DNA of 41,579 nucleotides from Oligoflexales bacterium (GCA_044236265.1 JBIIGV010000011.1:1-41579), one strand, 5' to 3'. Shown: positions 9,542 to 18,334, counted from the first letter of the stretch. Made by a program: numbers and translations. Notes: generated from the sequence alone by a model not told the origin.

Positions 9542-10497
9542 GCATGACCCGTAAAGAGTTTGTCGTTCAAGCATCGCAATCTGAGATGCGCATTGATCTA
9601 TTCCTCGCGGCCATGTTGCCAGATCTTTCTCGTAGGAAAGTTAGGCAGATCTTGGACGTTGGTGGATGCTACGTGAATAACAAAAGAATGCATATTGCGT
9701 CCCGAAAGGTCAACTCTGGTGACAAAGTTCGCGTGGAATTTAGTTTAGAGGGATTAAAAAAATCTCGGCAGAAATTATTTGCGTTCGCAGATGCTGATAT
9801 TCTCTATGATAATCATCAGGTAATCGCAGTTAATAAGCCGCCTGGTTTACCCAGCCAAGCCACCCGTGATCAAGACATCATGCATGCCGAAGTTTGTCTT
9901 CGTGAGTGGCTTAAGGGAAAGAATAGGCCCAACGAGAAGTTGATTTTACTCCATCGCCTAGACAAAGAAACTTCCGGAGTGCTCTTGTTTGCGACCAATG
10001 CCAATACAGCGACATGGATTACGGACCAGTTTCGTCAGCGAACCTTAAGTAAAACCTATTGGGCGCTATGTCGTGGCATACCCAAGACGAGTAAATTTGA
10101 ACAGCAGTGTTATCTGTCAGATATCGATAAAAAAACAGGAATGGTGAGGCCAGTGCAAAGCGGTGGCAAGCCGAGCAAGACGCAGTTTGAAGTACGAAAT
10201 GTTGCTGCTGAGGCAGGTGTCAGCTGGATCGTGTGCTATCCGGAAACGGGCCGAAGTCACCAGATACGTGTTCATTTGGAGATGCTCGGATTTCCGATCC
10301 TTGGTGATAAGCGATATGGGCAGGGTGTAAGAGCACAGGTGTCCGACCAAATTTCGTCCTTATCCGCTCAGCATCATATGCTTCATGCGCGCAGTTTGCA
10401 GTTTTCCCCGGCGCCAAACATCTCTGATGTCACAGTTCAAGCGTCCCCCCCTGAGTCCTTTGCGGCAATAGTGGAGTTATTGAAAATAAATAGCTAA
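9538..10497 (+). CDS. RluA-family pseudouridine synthase with N-terminal S4 domain (RluC/RluD-like)
   Basis: RIDLFLA (S4), NKPPGL, HRLDKETSG, TGRSHQIRVH, PILGDKRYG and LHA. Confidence 0.93.
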   Translation: MSMTRKEFVVQASQSEMRIDLFLAAMLPDLSRRKVRQILDVGGCYVNNKRMHIASRKVNSGDKVRVEFSLEGLKKSRQKLFAFADADILYDNHQVIAVNKPPGLPSQATRDQDIMHAEVCLREWLKGKNRPNEKLILLHRLDKETSGVLLFATNANTATWITDQFRQRTLSKTYWALCRGIPKTSKFEQQCYLSDIDKKTGMVRPVQSGGKPSKTQFEVRNVAAEAGVSWIVCYPETGRSHQIRVHLEMLGFPILGDKRYGQGVRAQVSDQISSLSAQHHMLHARSLQFSPAPNISDVTVQASPPESFAAIVELLKINS

Positions 10498-10710
10498 CCA
10501 CTGGGTTGCTTCGCAGTGCCTTGGGTCAGTTTTAAGCGCCGACAGAGCCCTGCCCGCTGATTTGGTTCATATAGATAAAAATTTGGAAAAATCCCGTCAT
10601 TTCAGCTTCTGCGACGCTGTTGGCGAGGCTCCGTATTCCTTCCATTCATGATCAGACTGAAGCGGCTCGGTAAATTGCCGATGAGGAACCGCAAGCATGG
10701 ATTATTTTGG

Positions 10711-11802
10711 ATGAAAATGAATATGTCTGACTCGCCATTAAAACAGAAACAGGCTGGTGTTTACATCAATGCAAACGACATTGATGTGACTGACGCTAGT
10801 CTTGATCCCACTTTAAGTAAGGTTTGGACAGATGAAACCACCGGCGAGATTGCGGTTTCGGTTGAGCGAGTTCTTTTTGACAGTTTATTGGATGTTGCCG
10901 CCAGATATTTGGAGCCTAATGGGTTTTCGTTGAATCTAGAAAATCTATTGGCGACGATTGACAGTATGAGACTAGGAGTTTTTGCGTCAGTAGCCTCTAA
11001 AAATGGACCCGATGGCCGTGCGGTTGCAAAGAAATTGATTCCAGGTCTTTACATGCATTTGCCGCGTGTCAAGACAGTTGGCCCGACGCTAACCCGTTTT
11101 TATGATGAAATTGGACGCTATGAACGCGAATTGGCTCGACTTCAGGATATTGAAGCGAAGGCAAGAAAAATTGCAGAGGTTTCAGCAAAAGATGAAACGG
11201 GGCGCGCTGCAATCGAAGCTCTGCAAAGTGAAAACCAGGCACTTCGTGCAGAATTAGGACGACTTTCATCACGATTGAATTTGGCGGAACAAGCCCTCAA
11301 ATCGTCTGCCGCAGAGACAGATGGTGATGTGATGCCAAATGGTATCCGTAGCTGCGTGATACGAGCTGTTCGCCCTGCTGAGGGAACGGTGCTGCTGAAA
11401 TCTGGTGAGCAGCAGTTTACCTGCCCTCTTCGACGTCTAGATGGGGTTCCGTCTTTGAACGCACGTGGCCTAGCCTACTATGAGGGTGGTGTTCTTAAAT
11501 CCGTGATGATTTTCGATCCTGCGCCGGCACCATTCGAGTTTCAATTGGCAGATGTCATGGCTGTGGAGGGCCGAAAGATCAAGGTTCGCTACTCAGACCG
11601 CCGCGAAGGTTTGTTGACGATGGCTGCTGATCAAGCGGTTCCCGGCGTCGGTGTTCGAATTATTGCAAAGCTTGCAACTGGTTTTCTTGTCGACATATTA
11701 CCGGTCGCCGTTGCGGGTGACAGCATCATCGCAGATATGGTTTTTGATGAGCAAACCAAGCGTCAATTGAATGAAGAATTTGCGGAGGGTCTCAATGATT
11801 GA
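10711..11802 (+). CDS. Hypothetical soluble protein with central coiled coil; first gene of the motA-motB-helicase operon
   Basis: Long ORF (start uncertain: 10648, 10681, 10711 or 10723) whose stop overlaps the motA start by 8 bp. It has heptad-rich segments ELARLQDIEAKARK and LQSENQALRAELGRLSSRL, and no TM or signal peptide. Confidence 0.8.
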   Translation: MKMNMSDSPLKQKQAGVYINANDIDVTDASLDPTLSKVWTDETTGEIAVSVERVLFDSLLDVAARYLEPNGFSLNLENLLATIDSMRLGVFASVASKNGPDGRAVAKKLIPGLYMHLPRVKTVGPTLTRFYDEIGRYERELARLQDIEAKARKIAEVSAKDETGRAAIEALQSENQALRAELGRLSSRLNLAEQALKSSAAETDGDVMPNGIRSCVIRAVRPAEGTVLLKSGEQQFTCPLRRLDGVPSLNARGLAYYEGGVLKSVMIFDPAPAPFEFQLADVMAVEGRKIKVRYSDRREGLLTMAADQAVPGVGVRIIAKLATGFLVDILPVAVAGDSIIADMVFDEQTKRQLNEEFAEGLND

Positions 11803-12574
11803 AGGCTTAAAGGAGCGCAAATACGTCCAGACCGCGAAAAAGCGCACGGCGCCGATCAGTTTACTCGTGGCGACGGTTATTTTTGCTTTAGTGGTGATGG
11901 CCAGCATTGGAGTTGGCAAAGGCAAGTCCCTTGTTGATATTCGGGGGTTATTGATCGTTGTCGGTGGGACTATGGCTAGTCTGGTGTTCCAATTTGATCT
12001 GATGGTGCTGCTGAAGAGTGTCATGATGGTAGGGCGATCATTTGCTGGTACTCCCGATCGCGAAGTTCAACGGGCGATGCGTGATATTGACCGGGCGATA
12101 ATTGAAGGTCAATCACTGACGCAAATCAAGCGGTCAGATGAACTCACCGGAGAAATATTAGCCGATGTGATCCATATGTATAATCGAGGTCTGACCTATG
12201 ATGAAATCGACGCCTTTGTTACCGGTCGCGTTCAAGATGAGTATTTCGAGAGAGAAATGGCCACAGCGATGCTTCAAAAGGCCTCAATTGTTGCGCCATC
12301 ATTTGGCTTATTTGGAACAGTTATCGGCCTGGTTCAAGTGATGCAGTCCATGTCGTCGCCAGGTCAAATCGGTCCCGCGATGTCCTTAGCTCTCATGACG
12401 ACTGCTTACGGCGCCGGACTGGCTAGTTTACTATTTACCCCACTCGCAGGACGCCTTGAACACCATAATCATATTTACTTAGAGTGTCATAAACAGCTTC
12501 TAAGTAAAATCGGTATTCTTATGAAACGTGACGATCAAAGTTTGGAAACCGTGCGTGAGGTGGTGGCGGCGTGA
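11795..12574 (+). CDS. motA: MotA/PomA-family ion-channel stator A subunit
   Basis: Four TM segments, LIVVGGT, APSFGLFGTVIGLV and IGPAMSLALMTTAYG. SD GGAGG precedes ATG 11795. Confidence 0.9.
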   Translation: MIEGLKERKYVQTAKKRTAPISLLVATVIFALVVMASIGVGKGKSLVDIRGLLIVVGGTMASLVFQFDLMVLLKSVMMVGRSFAGTPDREVQRAMRDIDRAIIEGQSLTQIKRSDELTGEILADVIHMYNRGLTYDEIDAFVTGRVQDEYFEREMATAMLQKASIVAPSFGLFGTVIGLVQVMQSMSSPGQIGPAMSLALMTTAYGAGLASLLFTPLAGRLEHHNHIYLECHKQLLSKIGILMKRDDQSLETVREVVAA

Positions 12575-13227
12575 GACTTCGTGATTTAGAAAATGCTCAA
12601 GTCAGGAGTAAAGAGTCTCCTGTGAATGCATTTTATCTGAGTTTAAGCGACCTCATGACGCTTCTTTGCGTGTTTTTTGCTGTTTTAGTGGGTATGAGTC
12701 GTGTGGATGTTGGCTCTTTTGAGAAAATGAAGACGTCAGTAACTGGTGACTCTAAAGGCACATTGGTTGAGTTGGAGCGAGACCTCAAAAGTATTGCCAA
12801 AGGGCAGAAGGGCGTATCAGTTCGACTTGGGCAGGATGGAGTTCACCTGGATTTTGAAAGTGCCGCGCTGTTCGATACCGGCTCAGCAGTTCTTCGGTCA
12901 GGAAGTCTCGATCCGGCATCACCACTCTTGAAGAGAATTCTTTCAACTAAATACGTTCTGGATATCGAAGGTCATACGGATGACGTGCCACTTTACCGTA
13001 AAGACAAGGTAAAGGATGGCGAGGAAATCGAAACAAACTGGACGTTAAGTGGGCGTCGGGCTAGCAGTGTGGTCAACTGGCTCATCAATTTCGGATTCAG
13101 TGAGTCACGACTGCGAATTGTCGGTTATGCGTCGACAATGCCGAAAGTTGACGTGGGTGACTTGTCGGGAAATCGTTTGGAAGGTGCACGTTCGGAGAAT
13201 CGACGTGTGTCGATCTTGGTTCGATAA
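12571..13227 (+). CDS. motB: MotB-family stator B subunit with OmpA-like peptidoglycan-binding domain
   Basis: TM SLSDLMTLLCVFFAVL carries the conserved Asp, followed by plug-like SRVDVGSFEKM, LFDTGSA, IEGHTDDVP, NWTLSGRRA and NRRVSI. GTGA overlap with motA. Confidence 0.92.
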   Translation: MRLRDLENAQVRSKESPVNAFYLSLSDLMTLLCVFFAVLVGMSRVDVGSFEKMKTSVTGDSKGTLVELERDLKSIAKGQKGVSVRLGQDGVHLDFESAALFDTGSAVLRSGSLDPASPLLKRILSTKYVLDIEGHTDDVPLYRKDKVKDGEEIETNWTLSGRRASSVVNWLINFGFSESRLRIVGYASTMPKVDVGDLSGNRLEGARSENRRVSILVR

Positions 13228-13241
13228 GGCAGGAGCTGTGA

Positions 13242-16200
13242 ATGGGTGCTGAAAGATTGCTGAAATCTGAATCGATTGAAGACGGCCTATCGCTAAACGT
13301 TGGGCGAGGGTTTCGATTTACCCTGACCCGACAACACGATGATTCTGGATTCGAAAATTACATTATTGAGAACACCAGTAAGAAGCAGTTTCTTCGCATT
13401 CCTCGTTTTATCTTTGAAATTTTTAGATCGTCATTACAACAAGTACTTCGCTCGGATGATGCCGTAGAGGAGTCGATCAGTTTTAAAGGTAAGGTGAAGT
13501 TTCGGATTGAAGTCCTACCGGACGGATACTCTATCACTGCCGTGGATAAGCGTGAAGGTGCCGACGGCCAGCTGACGCTCAATCGTGAGGCAGCTGAGGC
13601 TTTAGCAGGACTTTTGCATGATCCTCGTGTTCGGCATGGAAGTGACGTTCTTAGTCGCATCTTGGCTTATCATAGATTGTTTAAATTCACGTTCGCTGAA
13701 GGTAGTGACAGCCTTAACAGCGGGCTAGCTCTGCGGTCTGATGTTCTCAGTCAAGTGGAAGACTATATTCCTCCTGTCGGGCAGCGGGCAGGACAAGTAA
13801 AGCTAAATGCAGATGATAAGGCTCTAGCTCTGAAAATTAGAAGTCATCGTCCTAGCGGTGACGAAAAGCCGAAAGATCTGAAATCTTTCAAAAGTCGTCT
13901 TGGTGAACGAAGTGCCGCGAAAGCTTGGGCGGTTGATTATCAAGCTTTATTTGGATCACAGGATCAGCGTTCAGCTGATCGTCAACCGAAGGTCAACACT
14001 GCTGATAGCGGACGACGCGATGGAGCAGCCAAGCATGTTTGGGAACTCCCTATTCTTGCTTCTGAGGTTCGCTCAATGCGTGGAAAGACCTTGCGATGTG
14101 AGCTTTCCGCGGAAGATGTTCATGAGATGCGGGAGACTTTTTTGACGGGAAGCGACACGGAGTTTTTTGTCGGATTTGATTTGATTGACGTGATTTTCAA
14201 AAGCACATCCGGGAAACTCAAGACATTTAGATTTCCATTGTACTATGCGCCTGTAAGTATTTCTGAGTCGGGTCGGCAAATTCTCTTGGATGGAGAGGCT
14301 GAATCGCGCATCTATTTAAATCACCTGGCTCTCGCGACCCTTGTGCAATCTTTTTCTGGAGAATCCAATCTTGAAGCGGCTGTAGATCAATTTTTCCGGA
14401 CTATTTTGTCCCAGCGTATTGATCATGATGGACGCGTGGGACGTATATATTTATCAAGACAGTTGCCAGTCGCTGACGAAATATTTCATCGTACGCGTGA
14501 GATTATTCTTGGTAATCCTGGTGAAAACGGCAAAGGCGGCCTTCTGTCATCAATGAATATTGTCGGGGCAGAGTGCGACACGGAACGCGTTTGTGTGTAC
14601 AAGGCGTCTAAGATTGTGGGTCCTCTGCAGCGATCGCTTGAGATGGATCTTGAGATGATGCAGGATCTCGCTCATCGAAGCCCTGAGAAGTTTGCGCGTA
14701 CATTGCCGGGCCGTTTTCTAAGTACGACCTTTAAGGACGTGACCAAATCGGCTCGTCTGTTCTGTGATCGTTCGATGACACCAGTTTTCCGTCCGCAGAG
14801 TACTCGGAAGTTGATGGATCGCCTCAACGCCCATGATGTCGTTTTGCTGGAAGGGCCTCCAGGAACTGGGAAGACGTTCACAATTATGAACCTTCTAATA
14901 CACGCGGTATGTACTGGCCAACGGGTCCTCATTGTAAGTGACGCCGATGCGGCGCTACATGCTCTCAATGAGAAGATTCTCGAGTATCTTGAATCAGGAG
15001 CTCATGATCATGGCAGTGATCCTGTTGCGATCTGGAAGCGGGCTGTACAGATGGTTGACAAGCTAGCGGGTGGTCATTCTGATTTAAGTGTATGGTGCCG
15101 TACGATTGAGACCTCTTTGGGTTTGGCGGATAATCGTGAGTTTACGGGCCAAGCAGCAGTGAAAGCAGTCGACCCAAAGGTTATTGAATCGATTGATCAT
15201 GAAATTCAACGCGTGAAAGCCATGATTGCTAAGGTGATGGATGCTCGTATTGGGCCAAAGACCGATTTGCGGCGTCGCGTCAGTCCTAAGCGAGGGCATG
15301 CCACAACGGTGGATGATATCCAGGCCTTTGTATCTTTTTTGAAGTTTATGGGTGGGCGCAGTGAGACGACCAAATCTTCGAAATTAGCACGGATCATGGT
15401 CCGAGATTTTGTACTAGGACGAGAGTATCTCAGCCAAGCAAAAGACAAGGATATGTACGAGACCTTTGCGATACCGGACCGAGTCACTTCGGATCATATT
15501 GATTATATTGAGCAGGCTTTGAAAACAGTTAAGAAACTGCTCGTCCTTAAACCGAAATCCATGGATGAGCTGACAAGAGTGATCGGTTCTCCTTCAGATA
15601 GCCGCGTAAATCGACACCTGTTTGATATTTGGTCGAAGATTTTTCCAATTGGCGAAAGTGGGCTTAAGCAGGCTATCCGTATGGTCAAGAGTATCATTCG
15701 CTTCCCCGGCAAATCCCATTTACGAAAGCTGGAATCACTGCTGTCGTCACAGCTGAAGATACTCAGGGCTTTTGATGCGTTTGAGAAGGGTGTGTGGCGT
15801 CAACTACAAATTATTCATGAGGCACTAGGTCCGTCGTTTAGAGGCGCAGTTCCTCTGTCGTTAGAGGTCTGCAGATTTGCCACGTCGTCAAGTTTTACCT
15901 TTGGGCATGCCGTCGATAGCATGCCAAGTGTTCAAGAGCTTCTTGAGCAACTCCAAGATTTGGATCGTCGAAGATCAGAAGAAGTGCGTAAAACATTTAT
16001 AGCGAAATTGGCTACAATCGTTTCTTCAGCTCATGCATCGAAACAAGGGCAGAGTAATGCCCTTACAGTTATAGGGGGAATGCTGCATGGTCTGAAGGGG
16101 CAAGCCTCGCTTGATGCCTCCAGTGGTTCTTGGCGTGAATTACAGGAAAAACTAATTAGCACGTTTCCGGTGTGGATGTGTCGTAAGCAAGCTGTTTCGT

Positions 16201-17528
16201 TCCTATTCCCTTGTAAGGCAAAGCTCTTTGATCTTGTGATAGTGGATGAAGCGACCCAGTGCCGCGTCGACGATGCCTTGCCATTGATGCTGAGGGCCCG
16301 CAAGTTTATGGTTGTTGGAGACGACAAGCAGACCGTTTTGGCCAAAAATAGTGTAATCGATGATTACTTGTTCACAGAATTTAATTTGGACGAGCATTTA
16401 CGCGGCACCCAGGCTCGCGGAATTAAGGGTGGTGGCAGCCATATCTTTGGGCTTGTGAAAGGGATTAAGGAAGCAAGTGTCATGCTTGATGAGCATTACC
16501 GTTGTCCTCCCGATATCATCGAGTATTCAAATCGATATGTCTATAATAGCGAGTTGAAGGTGATGCAGTGGCGTCGTGCTGGTGAACCTCGAGCGATGAC
16601 GATTGACTGGTCAGAACGGGGTAAGTCCGATAGTCAGCGTCTCGAGACTGGTCAGTACAAAGGTATCGAGACAGATATGGTGGATCGCTATCTCGAGTGG
16701 GTCGCTAACAAAGTAAAAGAGATTGAAAAAGAGACTGGACGCCGAATCAACATGGAGACGGACGTCGCGCTTGTGTACTTTCTACTTAAAAATGAGCCGT
16801 ACATCAGATCAAAGAAATCTGCATTCCTGGAAAAACTGGGTCGCGGGAAGGATGTTTTAGATGGCGCGGGCGCCGCACTTCAGGGCAAGGAACGCCCCTA
16901 TATTTTTTATCTTTGGGATATCAATCGTGGAAATATGATGGCCTTTCGTCATGGAGACGATCCCGACAAACGGAAAGGTGAGTTGAACGTATTGATGAGT
17001 CGTCCAAAGCGACGGGCATATCATTACTTGCATAAGAGATTTGATGAATTAGATCATGAGCGTGCAAGTATCTCTGACTTCCTGTGGCGCGCATGGCGTA
17101 AGCAGGACGAGGGAGAGCAGAAGAAAGAGTTTGTTGAGCGAACCAAGGCACCTGGCCCTGAATTCTTTCCTTGGCGTCGGTCATCAGGGCAGCTGATGAT
17201 TGCCGTGCTGGATCATGTGTTAAAGAAGTCGGCTGTTCAACTGGATCAATCTCGTATTCAGACTGGTGTTGTAGTCGGAGATCCGCGCTTTAAAATAGAT
17301 GTTGTCGTTGGCCCGAAAGACTCCCGCCATCCAAGTATCGGCCTTGTGGATCTTTGTGGGTTTGACTGGCACGAGCGTTGTGCGGACGATATCGTGGACT
17401 ATTATTTCCAGCTCTGCCGCGCTGAGCCAAAAATCAAGCCAATTTTTCTCTTTATCCACGAGATCGCAGATCAACGATCTCGGGGGTTTAGCCGTCTCAT
17501 GCATTGGGTCTTCGGCCAAAAGAATTAA
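13242..17528 (+). CDS. Large superfamily-1 (DNA2/NAM7/Upf1-like) helicase with C-terminal Vsr/REase-like domain
   Basis: Walker A GPPGTGKT (14853-14876), RVLIVS, FDLVIVDEATQ (D at 16245), VVGDDKQ, LDEHYRC, LQGKE and LNVLMSRPK. C-terminus reads FKIDVVV..GLVDLCGFDWH. SD AGGAG; start is 14 bp after motB. Confidence 0.9.
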   Translation: MGAERLLKSESIEDGLSLNVGRGFRFTLTRQHDDSGFENYIIENTSKKQFLRIPRFIFEIFRSSLQQVLRSDDAVEESISFKGKVKFRIEVLPDGYSITAVDKREGADGQLTLNREAAEALAGLLHDPRVRHGSDVLSRILAYHRLFKFTFAEGSDSLNSGLALRSDVLSQVEDYIPPVGQRAGQVKLNADDKALALKIRSHRPSGDEKPKDLKSFKSRLGERSAAKAWAVDYQALFGSQDQRSADRQPKVNTADSGRRDGAAKHVWELPILASEVRSMRGKTLRCELSAEDVHEMRETFLTGSDTEFFVGFDLIDVIFKSTSGKLKTFRFPLYYAPVSISESGRQILLDGEAESRIYLNHLALATLVQSFSGESNLEAAVDQFFRTILSQRIDHDGRVGRIYLSRQLPVADEIFHRTREIILGNPGENGKGGLLSSMNIVGAECDTERVCVYKASKIVGPLQRSLEMDLEMMQDLAHRSPEKFARTLPGRFLSTTFKDVTKSARLFCDRSMTPVFRPQSTRKLMDRLNAHDVVLLEGPPGTGKTFTIMNLLIHAVCTGQRVLIVSDADAALHALNEKILEYLESGAHDHGSDPVAIWKRAVQMVDKLAGGHSDLSVWCRTIETSLGLADNREFTGQAAVKAVDPKVIESIDHEIQRVKAMIAKVMDARIGPKTDLRRRVSPKRGHATTVDDIQAFVSFLKFMGGRSETTKSSKLARIMVRDFVLGREYLSQAKDKDMYETFAIPDRVTSDHIDYIEQALKTVKKLLVLKPKSMDELTRVIGSPSDSRVNRHLFDIWSKIFPIGESGLKQAIRMVKSIIRFPGKSHLRKLESLLSSQLKILRAFDAFEKGVWRQLQIIHEALGPSFRGAVPLSLEVCRFATSSSFTFGHAVDSMPSVQELLEQLQDLDRRRSEEVRKTFIAKLATIVSSAHASKQGQSNALTVIGGMLHGLKGQASLDASSGSWRELQEKLISTFPVWMCRKQAVSFLFPCKAKLFDLVIVDEATQCRVDDALPLMLRARKFMVVGDDKQTVLAKNSVIDDYLFTEFNLDEHLRGTQARGIKGGGSHIFGLVKGIKEASVMLDEHYRCPPDIIEYSNRYVYNSELKVMQWRRAGEPRAMTIDWSERGKSDSQRLETGQYKGIETDMVDRYLEWVANKVKEIEKETGRRINMETDVALVYFLLKNEPYIRSKKSAFLEKLGRGKDVLDGAGAALQGKERPYIFYLWDINRGNMMAFRHGDDPDKRKGELNVLMSRPKRRAYHYLHKRFDELDHERASISDFLWRAWRKQDEGEQKKEFVERTKAPGPEFFPWRRSSGQLMIAVLDHVLKKSAVQLDQSRIQTGVVVGDPRFKIDVVVGPKDSRHPSIGLVDLCGFDWHERCADDIVDYYFQLCRAEPKIKPIFLFIHEIADQRSRGFSRLMHWVFGQKN

Positions 17529-17680
17529 AAATCGGGCAAATAAGGGTTGATCTGCCGGACATTTGTGGATACAAACCCGGACGTTAAGAAGACATTGTTA
17601 TGTGCTTTAACCTGTATAAGCCATTGATCGGAATGGTGTATCTACCGGGCGCCGCAAATGCCCGTCTATAGGAGTGAGAG

Positions 17681-18271
17681 ATGAGAATGTTCGCTCGGAT
17701 TTTGACGTGTTCTGTATTGGCCTCTAGTTTAACCCTTGTATCCTGTGGATCTCGTGACGACGGCAGCATGCTTGCCGGTGATCGTAACGGCAATGATGAT
17801 CAAAGGTCCGATGACGGCAATGATCAGAACGACTCAGGCAAAGGCCACGGTCGCTTTCCAAAGGCTCCCCACAAGGACATGACCCCTGGCTCACTTTGTG
17901 AGAAAGGGAACAAGACCCGTTACCCTGAAAAAGTAAAGTACTGTGAGCGTGATGTTGATACTGAGACAAAGCGCCAAATTTTCGTAGCCTACGATAAAGA
18001 GTTTGGTTACCAGACCACCAAGATGGAGCGAAGTAGCTTTAAGATCGATCACCTTGTTCCGTTGTGCTTGGGTGGAAGTAACGAAGTTGATAATCTCTGG
18101 CCGCAGCACGTCAGTGTCTATGAAAATACTGATCCTCTGGAGCCGTTCTTGTGTGAGGTTTTGTCAGCGGGTCGCATTAAGCAGGCGGAAGCTGTTGAGC
18201 TGATTTTAACGATCAAAGAAGATCCAGAAACTGCCCCTGATGAGCTTCGTAAGCTTGAATCCCGCTTCTAA
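17681..18271 (+). CDS. Lipoprotein with HNH endonuclease motif
   Basis: Lipobox LVS-C, a D/N-rich linker and IDHLVPLCLGGSNEVDNLWPQ. SD AGGAG. Confidence 0.8.
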   Translation: MRMFARILTCSVLASSLTLVSCGSRDDGSMLAGDRNGNDDQRSDDGNDQNDSGKGHGRFPKAPHKDMTPGSLCEKGNKTRYPEKVKYCERDVDTETKRQIFVAYDKEFGYQTTKMERSSFKIDHLVPLCLGGSNEVDNLWPQHVSVYENTDPLEPFLCEVLSAGRIKQAEAVELILTIKEDPETAPDELRKLESRF

Positions 18272-18287
18272 GAGTTGCTAAGACGAT

Positions 18288-18334
18288 GACGCCAGACTTT
18301 GTCCCTTTTGACGGGAGGTCTGGCGTTGTTTTTT
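18288..18334 (+). terminator. Intrinsic terminator between convergent genes
   Basis: Stem gacgccagac/gtctggcgtt followed by a T-run. Confidence 0.7.

Noticed and set aside
11795..13227. ExbBD/TolQR or an ordinary flagellar motAB
   Set aside because: The B subunit has an OmpA domain, so it is not ExbD/TolR. A plain flagellar role is not excluded, but it does not explain the coupling to the helicase or the missing rotor-contact motif.
11795..17528. Calling the locus a canonical Zorya type I, II or III system
   Set aside because: The A subunit lacks the long ZorA tail and has a four-TM flagellar layout, the helicase is SF1 rather than SNF2-type ZorD, and no recognisable ZorC, ZorE, ZorF or ZorG is present.
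17681..18271. HNH protein as a ZorE equivalent
   Set aside because: It has a lipoprotein signal and is short, whereas ZorE is a cytoplasmic nuclease.
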